Shown in pieces: positions 28,383 through 38,679 of a DNA stretch of 64,000 nt (within the stretch, counting starts at the first letter, position 1; every line of letters begins with the position of its first letter). The stretch spans positions 5,637 to 69,636 of the forward strand of contig DIMG01000033.1 in assembly GCA_002425415.1 (NCBI GenBank), read 5' to 3'. The translations under genes were made by a program, and so were the position numbers. Below the pieces are notes generated by a model. It ran no database searches. It saw only the letters and a program-made list of their open reading frames with translations, and had not been told where the DNA came from. Source of the stretch: Micavibrio sp. UBA5572. Lineage in GTDB: Bacteria > Pseudomonadota > Alphaproteobacteria > Micavibrionales > Micavibrionaceae.

Positions 28383-28867
28383 TACTTTCAAGAATCGAAA
28401 CGAATCAAATCTTAAAAAAAGAATGAAAAAGAATTTTTTCCCTAAAATCATATTAATATACAAAAAATAATATTCACTCACACCAATTTTAAAACCACCC
28501 TTCAAAATTTTAATATTAAATAAAAACAAATGGTTAGATAAAAAATAGCACCTCTTCATTTATGTTTCAAAACAATACGTTTGTTTTTATGACAATATTT
28601 TTGGCTTGACAGCGCCTAGCAATTATGTAATGCCTTTGTGTAACATTCTGAGTAGCCTGAAAAGGATAGCCAAAGAAGCAATCCAATCAGGTGGTAATTG
28701 AAAGTTTGAATAAATAACAAACTTGCGCCTGATAACGTCACTCTGACACTTGTCACCGCACAAAGAATATTCAATACTCTCAAGTCTGTGGGGTTGAGTG
28801 TTAACAAAAAAGTCTGGGGCAAAAGAAAAGCTCTGGAATTATACTGGAGAATAAAGGAGAAATTACA

Positions 28868-29851
28868 ATGGCTCGTCCAGGTCGTCCGGCTATGCCGAAA
28901 CCCGTTCTGTCAAAAACGGTAGACACATTTTTAGATATGCTTACAACTGAACGCGGTGCTGCGCTGAACACCCGTCATGCTTACTGGCGTGACTTGGCTG
29001 ATGTCAGCTTGTACTTGCGTAATACACGCGGAAAAGAAATTGACACCGCAACAACTGATGATCTGAAAGCCTACTTACAGGATTTGAGTTCAAAAATTCA
29101 CGTAAAAGGCCAAAACAAAAACCAGATTGCTGTAAGAACGGTTGCACGTCGCTTGTCGGCTTTGCGTCAGTTCTACCGCTACCTTGTGTCGGAAAACATG
29201 CGCAATGAAGATCCTACATCAGGAATCGAGAGCCCAAAACAAACACGCACTCTCCCTAAAACTTTAAGCGAAGGCGAAGTAGACACGCTGATTAAAGTGG
29301 CAGGCGAACAAGGCGGCGCGGAAAGCCTCCGTTTGGTATGCTTGCTCGAATTGCTTTATGCAACCGGCCTACGCGTATCCGAATTGGTAGGCCTTCCAAT
29401 GTCAGCCATCGCTGAAGGCAGCCAGTTTATCATGGTTGAAGGCAAAGGCGGACGTGAACGCATGGTTCCATTAAGCGACTCTGCACAAAAAGCATTGGCG
29501 GTTTATTCCGATGTTCGCAGCCAGTTCATTTCCGGTGAAGAAGCAGGACGTCAGTCCAAATGGCTCTTCCCGTCAAGAACTTCAGACAGTGGTCACTTGA
29601 CCCGCCAACGCTTTGCCCAATTGTTGAAAGACTTGGCACGTGCTGCAAAAATTGACGAAGATCACGTATCTCCGCACATTTTGCGCCACGCCTTTGCCAC
29701 GCACTTGCTCAGCAACGGTGCAGATCTTCGTGCTGTTCAAAAAATGCTTGGTCACGCCGACATTGCGACAACACAAATTTACACCCATATCATTGGCAAA
29801 AAACTTAAGAAAACTGTAGAAGAAGCTCACCCTCTTTCACAGGAAGCTTAA
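28868..29851 (+). CDS. xerD: site-specific tyrosine recombinase XerD
   Basis: 327 aa with ATGLRVSEL (Arg I), HILRHAFATHLL (H-x-x-R) and GHADIATTQIYTH (catalytic Tyr). AAGGAG lies upstream. Confidence 0.9.
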   Translation: MARPGRPAMPKPVLSKTVDTFLDMLTTERGAALNTRHAYWRDLADVSLYLRNTRGKEIDTATTDDLKAYLQDLSSKIHVKGQNKNQIAVRTVARRLSALRQFYRYLVSENMRNEDPTSGIESPKQTRTLPKTLSEGEVDTLIKVAGEQGGAESLRLVCLLELLYATGLRVSELVGLPMSAIAEGSQFIMVEGKGGRERMVPLSDSAQKALAVYSDVRSQFISGEEAGRQSKWLFPSRTSDSGHLTRQRFAQLLKDLARAAKIDEDHVSPHILRHAFATHLLSNGADLRAVQKMLGHADIATTQIYTHIIGKKLKKTVEEAHPLSQEA

Positions 29852-29872
29852 TCTTATAAACAACTATTATTG

Positions 29873-29911
29873 AAATCAGGCAGGTCGCATTTGAAACGAT
29901 CTGCCTGATTT
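29873..29911 (+). terminator. possible terminator hairpin after xerD
   Basis: 11-bp perfect stem AAATCAGGCAG/CTGCCTGATTT with a 17-nt loop and a weak T tract. Confidence 0.35.
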
Positions 29912-29956
29912 GCTATGGTGCAAGACAAAACCAAGTTAGAAGGAAGATAATCAATC

Positions 29957-30901
29957 ATGGTTGCTTTGGAATTTGAAAAACCGATTGCAGAACTAGAGGG
30001 AAAAATTTTAGAGCTGCGAAACATGACCAGCAGCAAAGATTTTAGCATCTCGGAAGAAATCAGCCGACTTGAGACTAAAGCTGAAAAGCTGAAGATGAGC
30101 ACATACGGGAAGTTAACGGCCGCCCAAAAAGTTCAAGTTGCCCGTCATCCTGAACGCCCCCATTTTTGCGATTACATCAAAGGAATGATAACAGATTTCA
30201 CACCATTGGCCGGAGACCGTTGTTTCGGTGAAGATGACGCTTTGGTTGGTGGTCTTGGACGATTTAATGGTCGCTCTGTTGTTGTTATGGGACAAGAAAA
30301 AGGAAACGACACGACATCACGGATCAAACATAATTTTGGTATGGCTCGCCCCGAAGGATACCGCAAAGCCATCCGCCTGATGGATATGGCCAGCCAATTC
30401 CAGCTCCCCGTCATTACATTGGTGGACACTGCCGGAGCCTATCCGGGCGTTGATGCCGAAGCCCGCGGCCAAGCCGAAGCCATTGCCCAATCCATTGACT
30501 CTTGCCTGCGTCTGCGCACCCCGATCATCTCTGTGATAATCGGCGAAGGCGGCTCTGGAGGAGCAATCGCCATTGCAACAGCAGACCGCGTTTATATGCT
30601 TGAACATTCAATTTATTCTGTCATTTCTCCTGAAGGCTGTGCATCAATTTTATGGCGTTCGGCACAACAAGCAGAAGAAGCAGCCGCAGCGCTTAAGCTA
30701 ACAGCCCAAGATTTATTATCCTTGAAACTGATCGACGCGATCATCCCTGAACCTCTGGGCGGTGCGCATCGCCAAAAAGACGAGGCCATAGCCATGGTCA
30801 GTCAGAAGATAGAAAAAGGCTTGAATGAACTCAGCCCATGGGATTCAGAAAGATTGTTCAAACGCCGTCGTCAAAAATTCCTATCCATGGGACGAGTATA
30901 A
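29957..30901 (+). CDS. accA: acetyl-CoA carboxylase carboxyltransferase subunit alpha
   Basis: 314 aa with TPGAYPG-like [21 protein letters not shown] and IGEGGSGGA. Confidence 0.95.
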   Translation: MVALEFEKPIAELEGKILELRNMTSSKDFSISEEISRLETKAEKLKMSTYGKLTAAQKVQVARHPERPHFCDYIKGMITDFTPLAGDRCFGEDDALVGGLGRFNGRSVVVMGQEKGNDTTSRIKHNFGMARPEGYRKAIRLMDMASQFQLPVITLVDTAGAYPGVDAEARGQAEAIAQSIDSCLRLRTPIISVIIGEGGSGGAIAIATADRVYMLEHSIYSVISPEGCASILWRSAQQAEEAAAALKLTAQDLLSLKLIDAIIPEPLGGAHRQKDEAIAMVSQKIEKGLNELSPWDSERLFKRRRQKFLSMGRV

Positions 30902-31321
30902 TTAAACAGCTTTGGAGAAAAGTTTTTGATTCTCCGAACATAAATCCACTTCGGTCACGCGAGCGCGTGCTTTCATATTTTCAAAATTGCCATGATGCAC
31001 ATGAGCATGACCGTCTTCTGTACTGGCCGCCCTAAAATACAAAAGCAAGAAGACGCGAATTGCCGCCGTCAAAGTGCTCTGCTTCACCTTACGCAGATAA
31101 ATCAGAGAACAAACATTGTGAATACTGGTACGCTCGCGACGAGCAACATCATACAAAGAATCCCACATTTCCGGCTCTAATCGAACCGACGTGCGCCGCC
31201 CCAAAATGGTAATATTTTTACTAACCAAAGTGGATTTCTGACGCTGATCACTAGCCATAACATTCGATGCTAAAAAACCATCATCAACCCGATAATAACA
31301 ATTTGATTCTTTTAAAGTCAT
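30902..31321 (-). CDS. ribbon-helix-helix (RHH_4-type) domain protein
   Basis: GRRTSVRLEPEMWDSLYDVARRERTSIHNVCSLI matches the alphaproteobacterial RHH_4 pattern. I chose the start at MTLKES, which follows a GGGGGGAGAG purine tract. The tracked start is 31378. Confidence 0.65.
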   Translation of the reverse strand: MTLKESNCYYRVDDGFLASNVMASDQRQKSTLVSKNITILGRRTSVRLEPEMWDSLYDVARRERTSIHNVCSLIYLRKVKQSTLTAAIRVFLLLYFRAASTEDGHAHVHHGNFENMKARARVTEVDLCSENQKLFSKAV

Positions 31322-31390
31322 ACTCTCCCCCCTTAAAGTTACACCTTTAAGTGTACATTTTGTTGGGGAATTAATCAACCATTGGTTACA

Positions 31391-31681
31391 TTAAATAAAC
31401 ATTTTTCGCGTTTTCGCTTCTTCGACCGTCAAGGTTTTGATTTTAAGGGCATGCACCCCCCCACGAATTTCCTCATCCAAAGCATGATAAATCATCCTAT
31501 GCCGCTCGGTTAAAGACTTGTCTACAAACAAATCGGACACGACAATAACTTCAAAATGACTTTCCCCGCCGTCCCGATACCCGCTATGACCGATATGTTT
31601 TTCGCTAAAATCATCCACTTGAAGAAAAAAAGGGGAAAAAGCTTCTTCTAAAGCCTTGATTATGCGCTCACGAACTGACAT
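31391..31681 (-). CDS. bolA: BolA family protein
   Basis: 96 aa with HSGY...HF...RHRMIYHAL...VHALKIKT. Confidence 0.85.
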   Translation of the reverse strand: MSVRERIIKALEEAFSPFFLQVDDFSEKHIGHSGYRDGGESHFEVIVVSDLFVDKSLTERHRMIYHALDEEIRGGVHALKIKTLTVEEAKTRKMFI

Positions 31682-31693
31682 TTATTTTGCTCC

Positions 31694-32323
31694 TTGATAC
31701 CATTTCATTTTATCATAAAAAGAATGCCTGAAATATTTTTAAAACCGAACTCACCAGAATTTGCAGACTCCTATAAGGAAACCCGCATAAACAAACGCAA
31801 CTGTGATATGCCGGAATGTCAGGAATGTGGGGACTTCAAGGCACCAAAGGATCGCGCGCTCAGTGAATATTACTGGTTTTGCCTACCACACGTTCAAGAA
31901 TATAACAAAGCGTGGGACTTCTTTTCAGGCATGTCTCCTGCCGATATTGAACACCATATCAATAAAAGCACCGTTTGGGATCGCCCCACCCAACGACATG
32001 ACAGCATGTTCAATGAAACTCTTCGCCAAAAAGCATGGCAAACCTACAATTTCACAGATGAAGAACCGCCGAAGTCCCGAGAATATCATAATAATACCCC
32101 ATCCAGAAACACTCCCGAACTGGAAGCCCTTGCTCTTTTAGGCATAGAGCCCCCCGTCACACTTGAAGGCATCAAAACCCGTTACAAAATTCTGGTCAAA
32201 AAATATCACCCTGACCACATTGGCCCGGATACCCAAGCGGAAGAGCTATTGAAGAAAATCAATATGGCCTTTACTATCTTGAGGATGGCCTACCAAAAAT
32301 TTGAAACTCTTCCTGAAAAATAA
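31694..32323 (+). CDS. J-domain protein with N-terminal Cys-rich region
   Basis: C-terminal J domain (IKTRYKILVKKYHPD, HPD motif) and N-terminal CDMPECQECG...FCLPH. An alternative start is at 31724. Confidence 0.8.
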   Translation: MIPFHFIIKRMPEIFLKPNSPEFADSYKETRINKRNCDMPECQECGDFKAPKDRALSEYYWFCLPHVQEYNKAWDFFSGMSPADIEHHINKSTVWDRPTQRHDSMFNETLRQKAWQTYNFTDEEPPKSREYHNNTPSRNTPELEALALLGIEPPVTLEGIKTRYKILVKKYHPDHIGPDTQAEELLKKINMAFTILRMAYQKFETLPEK

Positions 32324-32340
32324 GGAATAAGGAATAAGTT

Positions 32341-33249
32341 ATGACCAATCCCAAACAAAGACTCTTGGGGACAATAATGTTCCTTGCTTTTGCCTTCTCT
32401 TTGACAGGGGCAAAAGCCGAAACTCAACCCTCGACATATGAGCGCGTAGTCGCCAGCAAAACATTACGCTGCGGCTACCTTCCTTACGAACCATACATCT
32501 CTGTCGATCCAAATACAGGTGAAGTAAGCGGCATAACCCATGATTATTTTGAGAGTGTCGCACAACGAAACGGATTCAAAATCGAATGGGCACAAGATGT
32601 AAATATCGATCAACTTGTCCCTACCATTGAATCCGGAAAAATTGATGCAGCCTGCATTCCCGCCACACCCGATGAAAACTGGGAACAAGTTCTTGATTTT
32701 CCGGCTTACCTTGGCTCGCTCCCTTATTTTATTTATGTCCCCAAAGACAGCACTCTGAACAAAGAACAACTGGACAAAGCGCGATTTGCAACACAAGACG
32801 GATTTGCTTTAACCGACATCACAAAAAATGCATTTCCCGATGCAATATATATCGGCCTGACACAAACAGCATCAACGGCAGAACTGTACGACCAACTCAA
32901 ATACAAAAAGACCGATGCGCTAGTCAACGAACATATTTCTGCATCCTTATATATGAAGAATAATCCTGATGTTATTCGACGTTTTTCCGATACACCCGTA
33001 ATAGCAATGAGAATGTTTATGCTATCAAAGAAAGGGGACAAAGAAATGACCGATTTTCTGGATAAAACATTCAATGTCGATATTCCTGAAAATCTGGCAG
33101 TAATGAAAGAAATTCTGAAAAAAAACAAAATGGAAAAAGGATCTTTGTTTTTAGGAGAAGAATGCATAAAGCCTGAAACTACAGAAAAAGGATGGAGAAT
33201 CTGCGAACAACCCACCCCACCCGAAACCATAGAAAAAGAAAAAAAATAA
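32341..33249 (+). CDS. periplasmic solute-binding protein (family 3 / amino-acid type)
   Basis: Signal peptide, LRCGYLPYEPY...GEVSGITHDY pattern, and a Lys/Glu-rich tail. No permease or ATPase gene is adjacent. Confidence 0.75.
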   Translation: MTNPKQRLLGTIMFLAFAFSLTGAKAETQPSTYERVVASKTLRCGYLPYEPYISVDPNTGEVSGITHDYFESVAQRNGFKIEWAQDVNIDQLVPTIESGKIDAACIPATPDENWEQVLDFPAYLGSLPYFIYVPKDSTLNKEQLDKARFATQDGFALTDITKNAFPDAIYIGLTQTASTAELYDQLKYKKTDALVNEHISASLYMKNNPDVIRRFSDTPVIAMRMFMLSKKGDKEMTDFLDKTFNVDIPENLAVMKEILKKNKMEKGSLFLGEECIKPETTEKGWRICEQPTPPETIEKEKK

Positions 33250-33252
33250 CCA

Positions 33253-34254
33253 ATGCCCGACATCAAACAAGAACCCATGGCGATGGCCTTTGACGTGACG
33301 ACCTTAACGCCAAACAATCCGCGTCACACCTCTATTCCTGATAAAATGTACAATGCCCGTGAAACATTCGGGCTGGATATTGATTGGGAAGTTCCGGGGT
33401 TCAGCCACGACATGCCCAATGTTCCGACCAAAGACGAAACTTACCAATTCGACCACGACACAACATTGGCTTTACTCGCAGGCTTTGCCTTTAACCGCCG
33501 CGTCATGATCCAAGGCTACCACGGAACAGGGAAATCAACCCATATCGAACAAGTCGCGGCAAGATTAAACTGGCCGTGTGTCCGGATCAACCTTGACAGC
33601 CATGTCAGCCGGATCGACCTTCTGGGAAAAGACATGATTGTCTTAAAAGAAGGGAAACAAATCACCGAATGGAAAGAAGGCTTGTTGCCTTGGGCAATCC
33701 AAAATCCGGTTGCTCTGACATTTGATGAATATGATGCTGGCCGCCCCGATGTGATGTTTGTTATCCAACGAATTCTCGAAGCCGAAGGACGATTGACCTT
33801 GCTCGATCAAAATCAGGTCATCCGCCCCCATCCGGCATTCCGCATGTTTGCAACCGCCAATACCATCGGCTTGGGCGATGCAACGGGGCTCTATCACGGC
33901 ACCCACCAGCTCAACCAAGGCCAGCTTGACCGCTGGAATATTGTGACTATTCTGAACTACCTTCCACATGATGATGAAATTGCCATCGTCATGGCAAAAA
34001 TTCCGGAAGCCAAACGCGAAGACATAGATAAAATGGTCAAAATGGCCAGCCTGACCCGCGAAGGATTTAAAAACGGCGACCTCTCGACCTTAATGTCTCC
34101 ACGAACTGTAATCAGCTGGGCAGAAAACACAAAAATTTTTAGTAATCGTGAATTTGCGTTCCGCCTCAGCTTTTACAATAAATGCGATGAAATGGAACGT
34201 CCAATCCTGTCGGAATATTACCAACGCTGTTTCGGTACAGACATCAAGGAATAA
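33253..34254 (+). CDS. cobS: CobS-like AAA+ ATPase
   Basis: 333 aa with Walker [10 protein letters not shown] and Walker B LTFDEYDA. It pairs with the downstream VWA protein. Confidence 0.9.
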   Translation: MPDIKQEPMAMAFDVTTLTPNNPRHTSIPDKMYNARETFGLDIDWEVPGFSHDMPNVPTKDETYQFDHDTTLALLAGFAFNRRVMIQGYHGTGKSTHIEQVAARLNWPCVRINLDSHVSRIDLLGKDMIVLKEGKQITEWKEGLLPWAIQNPVALTFDEYDAGRPDVMFVIQRILEAEGRLTLLDQNQVIRPHPAFRMFATANTIGLGDATGLYHGTHQLNQGQLDRWNIVTILNYLPHDDEIAIVMAKIPEAKREDIDKMVKMASLTREGFKNGDLSTLMSPRTVISWAENTKIFSNREFAFRLSFYNKCDEMERPILSEYYQRCFGTDIKE

Positions 34255-34258
34255 CAAA

Positions 34259-36130
34259 TTGACATCGGTCAGCGACATCGAACATTTTAAGGATGCGCAG
34301 GCCGCAACCGTTCGGGCTATTGCCGGTAAAAAAGCAGTAGACGTTTATTACAGCCCTGCCGAAACCGTCTCGAAAAAATTATCCAACCAACCGGACAATC
34401 GGGCAAGATTATCCATTCCTCCTCTTTCTTTAAGTGAGAAAGACAAAGCCGCAGCCAGAGGCGAGGCCGACGCCGAAGCCCTGCGTTTGAAGCTCCATAA
34501 CAGCAAACTACACCAAAAACTTGCCCCGAAAGACGACCGCGCCCGCGCAGCTTTTGATGCGATAGAAACAGCGCGCATAGAAGCCATGGGATCACAAGGA
34601 TATGACGGCATTTCCCAAAACTTGAACGCTGCCCTTGAAAAAAAATGCGCCCAATTAGGCTATCACCAATTACAAAACCGAAGAAACGATACCCTGCCCG
34701 ATGCCCTTCACGCGCTCATCAGGTCGAAACTCACAAATTCGCCCCTTCCTGACAATGCCAACCATCTGGTGAACCTGTGGCAAGGCTGGATTGATGAACG
34801 TCTGGGAAAAAACTGGGAACAACGCCTGAAAGAAACACTGACCAACCAGAAAGATTTCATCGGTGAAAGCCGCAAACTTATGCGTCGCCTTGAACTATTA
34901 AGTGCAGACGAAGACGGCGATAACGAAATCGACAATGACGACAATAACGCCCCATCCGAAAACAAAGAAAAAAACGAAACGGATAGCTGTGATCTGGACT
35001 CAGAAAACGAAAATCCAGAAGACGGAGAGGATAGCCAAGGCGATGACCAATCCGAAGACGGTGACGATAAACAAACTGACGACAATCAGGACGATCAAGC
35101 CGCCAGTGAAGATCCATCAGGGCAACATGGTGAAATAGACGATAACAAAAACTATGATGATGTTGCCGAAATAAAATCAGATGACCCTGCAAATCAGACA
35201 TCCCCCGGAACAACCTACGCCATTTATACAACCCAATACGATGAAGTCGTTCGCGCTGAAGAATTAGCCGATTTCGAGGAACTTTACCGCCTGCGTGAAC
35301 TACTCGATAAACAACTGGTCAACATGCAACCCCTTGTCGCAAAACTGGCCAACCGCCTGCAAAGAAAGTTATTGGCACGCCAACAACGCTCATGGTTATT
35401 CGATCAGGAAGAAGGCTATCTGGATTCCTCGCGACTTGCCCGCGTCATTGCCAACCCTTCAGTTCCACTCACCTTTAAACAGGAAAAAGAGACCGAGTTT
35501 AAAGATACGGTTGTCACTCTCCTTCTGGATAATTCAGGATCAATGCGCGGTCGTCCAATCACCATTGCCGCCATGTGTGCTGATATTTTGGCACGCACAT
35601 TGGAACGTTGCGGGATCAAGGTTGAAATTCTCGGTTTTACCACCCGCACATGGAAAGGCGGAAAATCACGAGATATATGGATCGGAAATGGTCGCTCCGA
35701 ACTCCCTGGTCGCCTCAACGATTTACGCCACATTATCTATAAATCTGCGGACTTGCCCATGCGCCGCGCAAGAAAAAATCTGGGACTGATGCTCAAAGAA
35801 GGCCTGCTCAAAGAAAATATCGATGGTGAAGCTCTGGTCTGGGCATATAACCGTATCGCATCCCGCAGCGAAGAACGCAAAATCCTGATGGTCATCTCAG
35901 ACGGAGCCCCCGTGGACGATTCAACTCTATCCGTCAATCCTGCCAATATTCTGGAAGCCGATTTGCGCCACGTCATCAACTGGATCGAAACCATCGGCAA
36001 AGTCGATCTGACTGCCATCGGCATCGGCCATGATGTCACACGCTATTACGGGCGCGCCATTACAATCTCAGATGCCTCCGATCTCGGCGAGGCTTTGATT
36101 ACAAACCTCTCGGAATTATTTGATAAGTAG
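34259..36130 (+). CDS. cobT: CobT-like VWA-domain protein
   Basis: I chose the TTG start at 34259, 8 nt after AAGGA and just past the cobS stop. It has a long acidic insert ([13 protein letters not shown]...) and a C-terminal VWA MIDAS motif LLLDNSGSM. Confidence 0.85.
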   Translation: MTSVSDIEHFKDAQAATVRAIAGKKAVDVYYSPAETVSKKLSNQPDNRARLSIPPLSLSEKDKAAARGEADAEALRLKLHNSKLHQKLAPKDDRARAAFDAIETARIEAMGSQGYDGISQNLNAALEKKCAQLGYHQLQNRRNDTLPDALHALIRSKLTNSPLPDNANHLVNLWQGWIDERLGKNWEQRLKETLTNQKDFIGESRKLMRRLELLSADEDGDNEIDNDDNNAPSENKEKNETDSCDLDSENENPEDGEDSQGDDQSEDGDDKQTDDNQDDQAASEDPSGQHGEIDDNKNYDDVAEIKSDDPANQTSPGTTYAIYTTQYDEVVRAEELADFEELYRLRELLDKQLVNMQPLVAKLANRLQRKLLARQQRSWLFDQEEGYLDSSRLARVIANPSVPLTFKQEKETEFKDTVVTLLLDNSGSMRGRPITIAAMCADILARTLERCGIKVEILGFTTRTWKGGKSRDIWIGNGRSELPGRLNDLRHIIYKSADLPMRRARKNLGLMLKEGLLKENIDGEALVWAYNRIASRSEERKILMVISDGAPVDDSTLSVNPANILEADLRHVINWIETIGKVDLTAIGIGHDVTRYYGRAITISDASDLGEALITNLSELFDK

Positions 36131-36174
36131 AAAATTTAAGCTATAAAGATTTAGAAACCTTCAAAACAGATAAA

Positions 36175-37488
36175 ATGATGACCAAACAAATTTACAAACC
36201 ACGCCCGATTACAGGATTCCCAGAATGGCTGCCCGAAGTGCGCCTTATTGAACAACGCTGGATGGATCATATTCGTCGCGTATTTGAATCTTATGGTTTC
36301 TGTTCGATTGAAACACCGTCAGTCGAAGAAATAGACGTCCTGCGCGCAAAAGGTGAAGTCGACAAAGAAATCTATGTCATCGAACGTCTGCACAAAGATG
36401 AAAACGACAACGGAGAATCCCGTCTGGCCTTGCACTTTGACCAAACCGTTCCCCTCGCCCGTTATGTCGCCCAACATTTCAATGAACTGGATTTTCCGTT
36501 CAAACGCTACCAGATGCAAAAAGTCTGGCGGGGCGAGCGTCCACAGGCTGGGCGTTTCCGTGAATTCTACCAATGCGATATAGATGTGATCGGCGTTGAT
36601 AATGTCCCGCTGCATTTTGACAGCGAACTCGCTGCCATTATGGTGGATATTTTGCGCGGCCTGAATATAGGGCCGTTCCAAATGCAAATCAGCAACCGCA
36701 AAATCCTGATGGGACTATGCGCTGGTCTCGGCATTGAAGACCCAGCCCCCATCACCCGCGCCGTCGATAAAATTGAAAAAATCGGTGAAACCGAAACCAA
36801 AAAACTTCTAATTGAATCGGGTTTGAACGATGATAAAGCAACAATCATTCTGAAATTTGCAACCATCAAAACACAAGACTCATCTTTTGTGGAGCAAGTT
36901 CTTGCACTCGGAGTATCCCATGAAACACTGGCTCAAGGGCTGGCTGAATTAGCATCAGTAATGAATCAACTGACTCATATTGAAAAAGGCTTTGTCCTGG
37001 CTGACCTTTCAATTGTCCGTGGTCTCGATTACTACACAGGGACAGTGTACGAAACAAAACTGCTGGAAAATACCGATTTCGGCTCGATCTGCTCGGGTGG
37101 ACGCTATGATGATCTGGCCGGAAGCTATATCAATAAACACTTGCCAGGTGTCGGAATTTCAATCGGCCTCTCACGCCTGTTCGAATACATGCGCATCAAC
37201 AACAAACTTGAAATCGGTGCAAAATGCCCGACCGATATTCTGGTTTGTTTGCCCAGCGAAGACAAACGGGATGAAGCCGCGCAAACAGCCCGCCAACTTC
37301 GCGAACGCGGTTTTAATGTAGAACTCTATCACACCTACCAGAAAATCAAAAAACAAATGGCCTACGCTGAAAAGAAAGCTATCCCATTCGTCTGGTTTCC
37401 ACCGTTTGAAGACGGTCAACCACATGAAATTAAAAATATGCAAACAGGCGAACAAACCTCCGCCGATCCACAAACATGGGAAAAATAG
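36175..37488 (+). CDS. hisS: histidine--tRNA ligase
   Basis: 437-aa class II aaRS with RGERPQAGRFREFYQCD and ICSGGRYDDL motifs. Confidence 0.9.
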   Translation: MMTKQIYKPRPITGFPEWLPEVRLIEQRWMDHIRRVFESYGFCSIETPSVEEIDVLRAKGEVDKEIYVIERLHKDENDNGESRLALHFDQTVPLARYVAQHFNELDFPFKRYQMQKVWRGERPQAGRFREFYQCDIDVIGVDNVPLHFDSELAAIMVDILRGLNIGPFQMQISNRKILMGLCAGLGIEDPAPITRAVDKIEKIGETETKKLLIESGLNDDKATIILKFATIKTQDSSFVEQVLALGVSHETLAQGLAELASVMNQLTHIEKGFVLADLSIVRGLDYYTGTVYETKLLENTDFGSICSGGRYDDLAGSYINKHLPGVGISIGLSRLFEYMRINNKLEIGAKCPTDILVCLPSEDKRDEAAQTARQLRERGFNVELYHTYQKIKKQMAYAEKKAIPFVWFPPFEDGQPHEIKNMQTGEQTSADPQTWEK

Positions 37489-37490
37489 AT

Positions 37491-38078
37491 ATGTCGAAAT
37501 TATTATTTTCCACCATCCTGACTTGCTCGATTTTTGCAAATATCTCTGCACAAGCAGAACCATTCACCTATGCTCCTGATTTTTGCGACATGCAGGTGAC
37601 CTTTCCTGAAAAACCATTTATCGAAACCAAATGCCTGAACGCAGGAGCAGAAAGAAATTGCACCGACATCGTGACCTTTAAAAAAATTGCACCGCCTGAC
37701 GCATCGGTTAATTTCCGCGTCACCTGTGTGGAATACACACCGGAAGAGTTGGCAACCTACACAAACGAGATCGTTGAAAAAACATTGGAAAAACTTCTTT
37801 CCGACCAAGGCTTCGAAGCCTATGACGTTTCATCCGATGACGTTGATGACGTTCGCAGATCAACCACCATGAGTGTTGGCACAAAAGATAATATTCCCTA
37901 CATCTATTCAGGACAAATCTGGATCGGAAAAAAATCGATGTTCACCATCGAAGCCCAAATGAAGGGGGATAAAAACGATGACATCGAAGCCACTTTTGCC
38001 AACATCCTTCGGGAAACCTATCCGGTCGGATTAAAACTTCCCGAAACAAAAACTATTCAGGCAGACCAAAAGCCTTAA
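37491..38078 (+). CDS. hypothetical exported protein
   Basis: I chose the start at MSKLLFSTILTCSIFANISAQA (signal peptide), right after the hisS stop. I recognise no family. Confidence 0.5.
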   Translation: MSKLLFSTILTCSIFANISAQAEPFTYAPDFCDMQVTFPEKPFIETKCLNAGAERNCTDIVTFKKIAPPDASVNFRVTCVEYTPEELATYTNEIVEKTLEKLLSDQGFEAYDVSSDDVDDVRRSTTMSVGTKDNIPYIYSGQIWIGKKSMFTIEAQMKGDKNDDIEATFANILRETYPVGLKLPETKTIQADQKP

Positions 38079-38454
38079 TTTTTTCAACCATCGAGAAGAA
38101 TCCGTTACGACGATTCGGGGATAAATTCTGATCCAACCCCAATTTGGAGAATATTTCTTCGACATCGACCGATAAAATGTCAGTCACAGGTATATTATTG
38201 AAAATAACATAGAGAACGGCAACAAGCCCACGGACAATATGAGCATCACTATCGGCCTGAAATGTGAATTTTCCACTCTTAACGTCAGGAATCATCCAGA
38301 CTTTGGATGTACATCCTTTGACCAAAAATTCGTCCCGATGAAGAGTATCAGGCAACTCTGGTAAAATTTTTCCTAAATCAATCAACACCCTATAACGATC
38401 TTCCCAATCGTCCATCAGCTCGAATGATTCGATAATTTCCTCAATGCTTCTCAT
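38053..38454 (-). CDS. sufE: SufE-like cysteine desulfuration protein
   Basis: 133 aa with VKGCTSKVWM (active-site Cys) and a RRNGF-like tail. Confidence 0.85.
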   Translation of the reverse strand: MRSIEEIIESFELMDDWEDRYRVLIDLGKILPELPDTLHRDEFLVKGCTSKVWMIPDVKSGKFTFQADSDAHIVRGLVAVLYVIFNNIPVTDILSVDVEEIFSKLGLDQNLSPNRRNGFFSMVEKIKAFGLPE

Positions 38455-38679
38455 AATACCTCGGTATAATCCCTTGATTTTTAACCCTTAAGGGCTGGAC
38501 TTGGCAACAGCCTTATAATATCTTTCCTAAAGCAACGCAAATCACCCCTCGCCTCATCCATCTTTCATTAACGAATAGTGCATAAGATAATGAAAAGAAG
38601 GGCTTGCGCAGTTCGCTCGGCCTTGGCAGAGTGCACATATTGAGTCTTAAAATTAATTTGTCGTGAGGATCACGCGGTA

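Noticed and set aside
28650-28700. Possible SRP (4.5S) RNA domain IV: CCU-GAAA-AGG tetraloop hairpin followed by GAAGCA
   Set aside because: The conserved symmetric-loop sequences (AGGUC...GGAAGCAGCC) are absent and the flanks do not form the long helix 5/8 stem. It is retained only as an unclassified structured region.
28868-29851. Tyrosine recombinase as a marker of an integrated mobile element
   Set aside because: The sequence and length fit chromosomal XerD. No flanking direct repeats, tRNA target, or phage/ICE genes are present, and the neighbours (aroKB, accA) are housekeeping genes.
34708-35085. 125-aa Ser-rich minus-strand ORF (plus other ORFs at 34878-35231 and 34902-35138)
   Set aside because: These are antisense or off-frame readings of the GAN-rich acidic insert of cobT. 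They are low-complexity artefacts inside a confidently called gene.
38590-38640. Heat-shock (sigma32-type) promoter CTTG...CACATATT upstream of clpX
   Set aside because: The two CTTG candidates lie about 29 and 10 nt from the -10-like element, far from the required 16-18 nt or so. No promoter is called.
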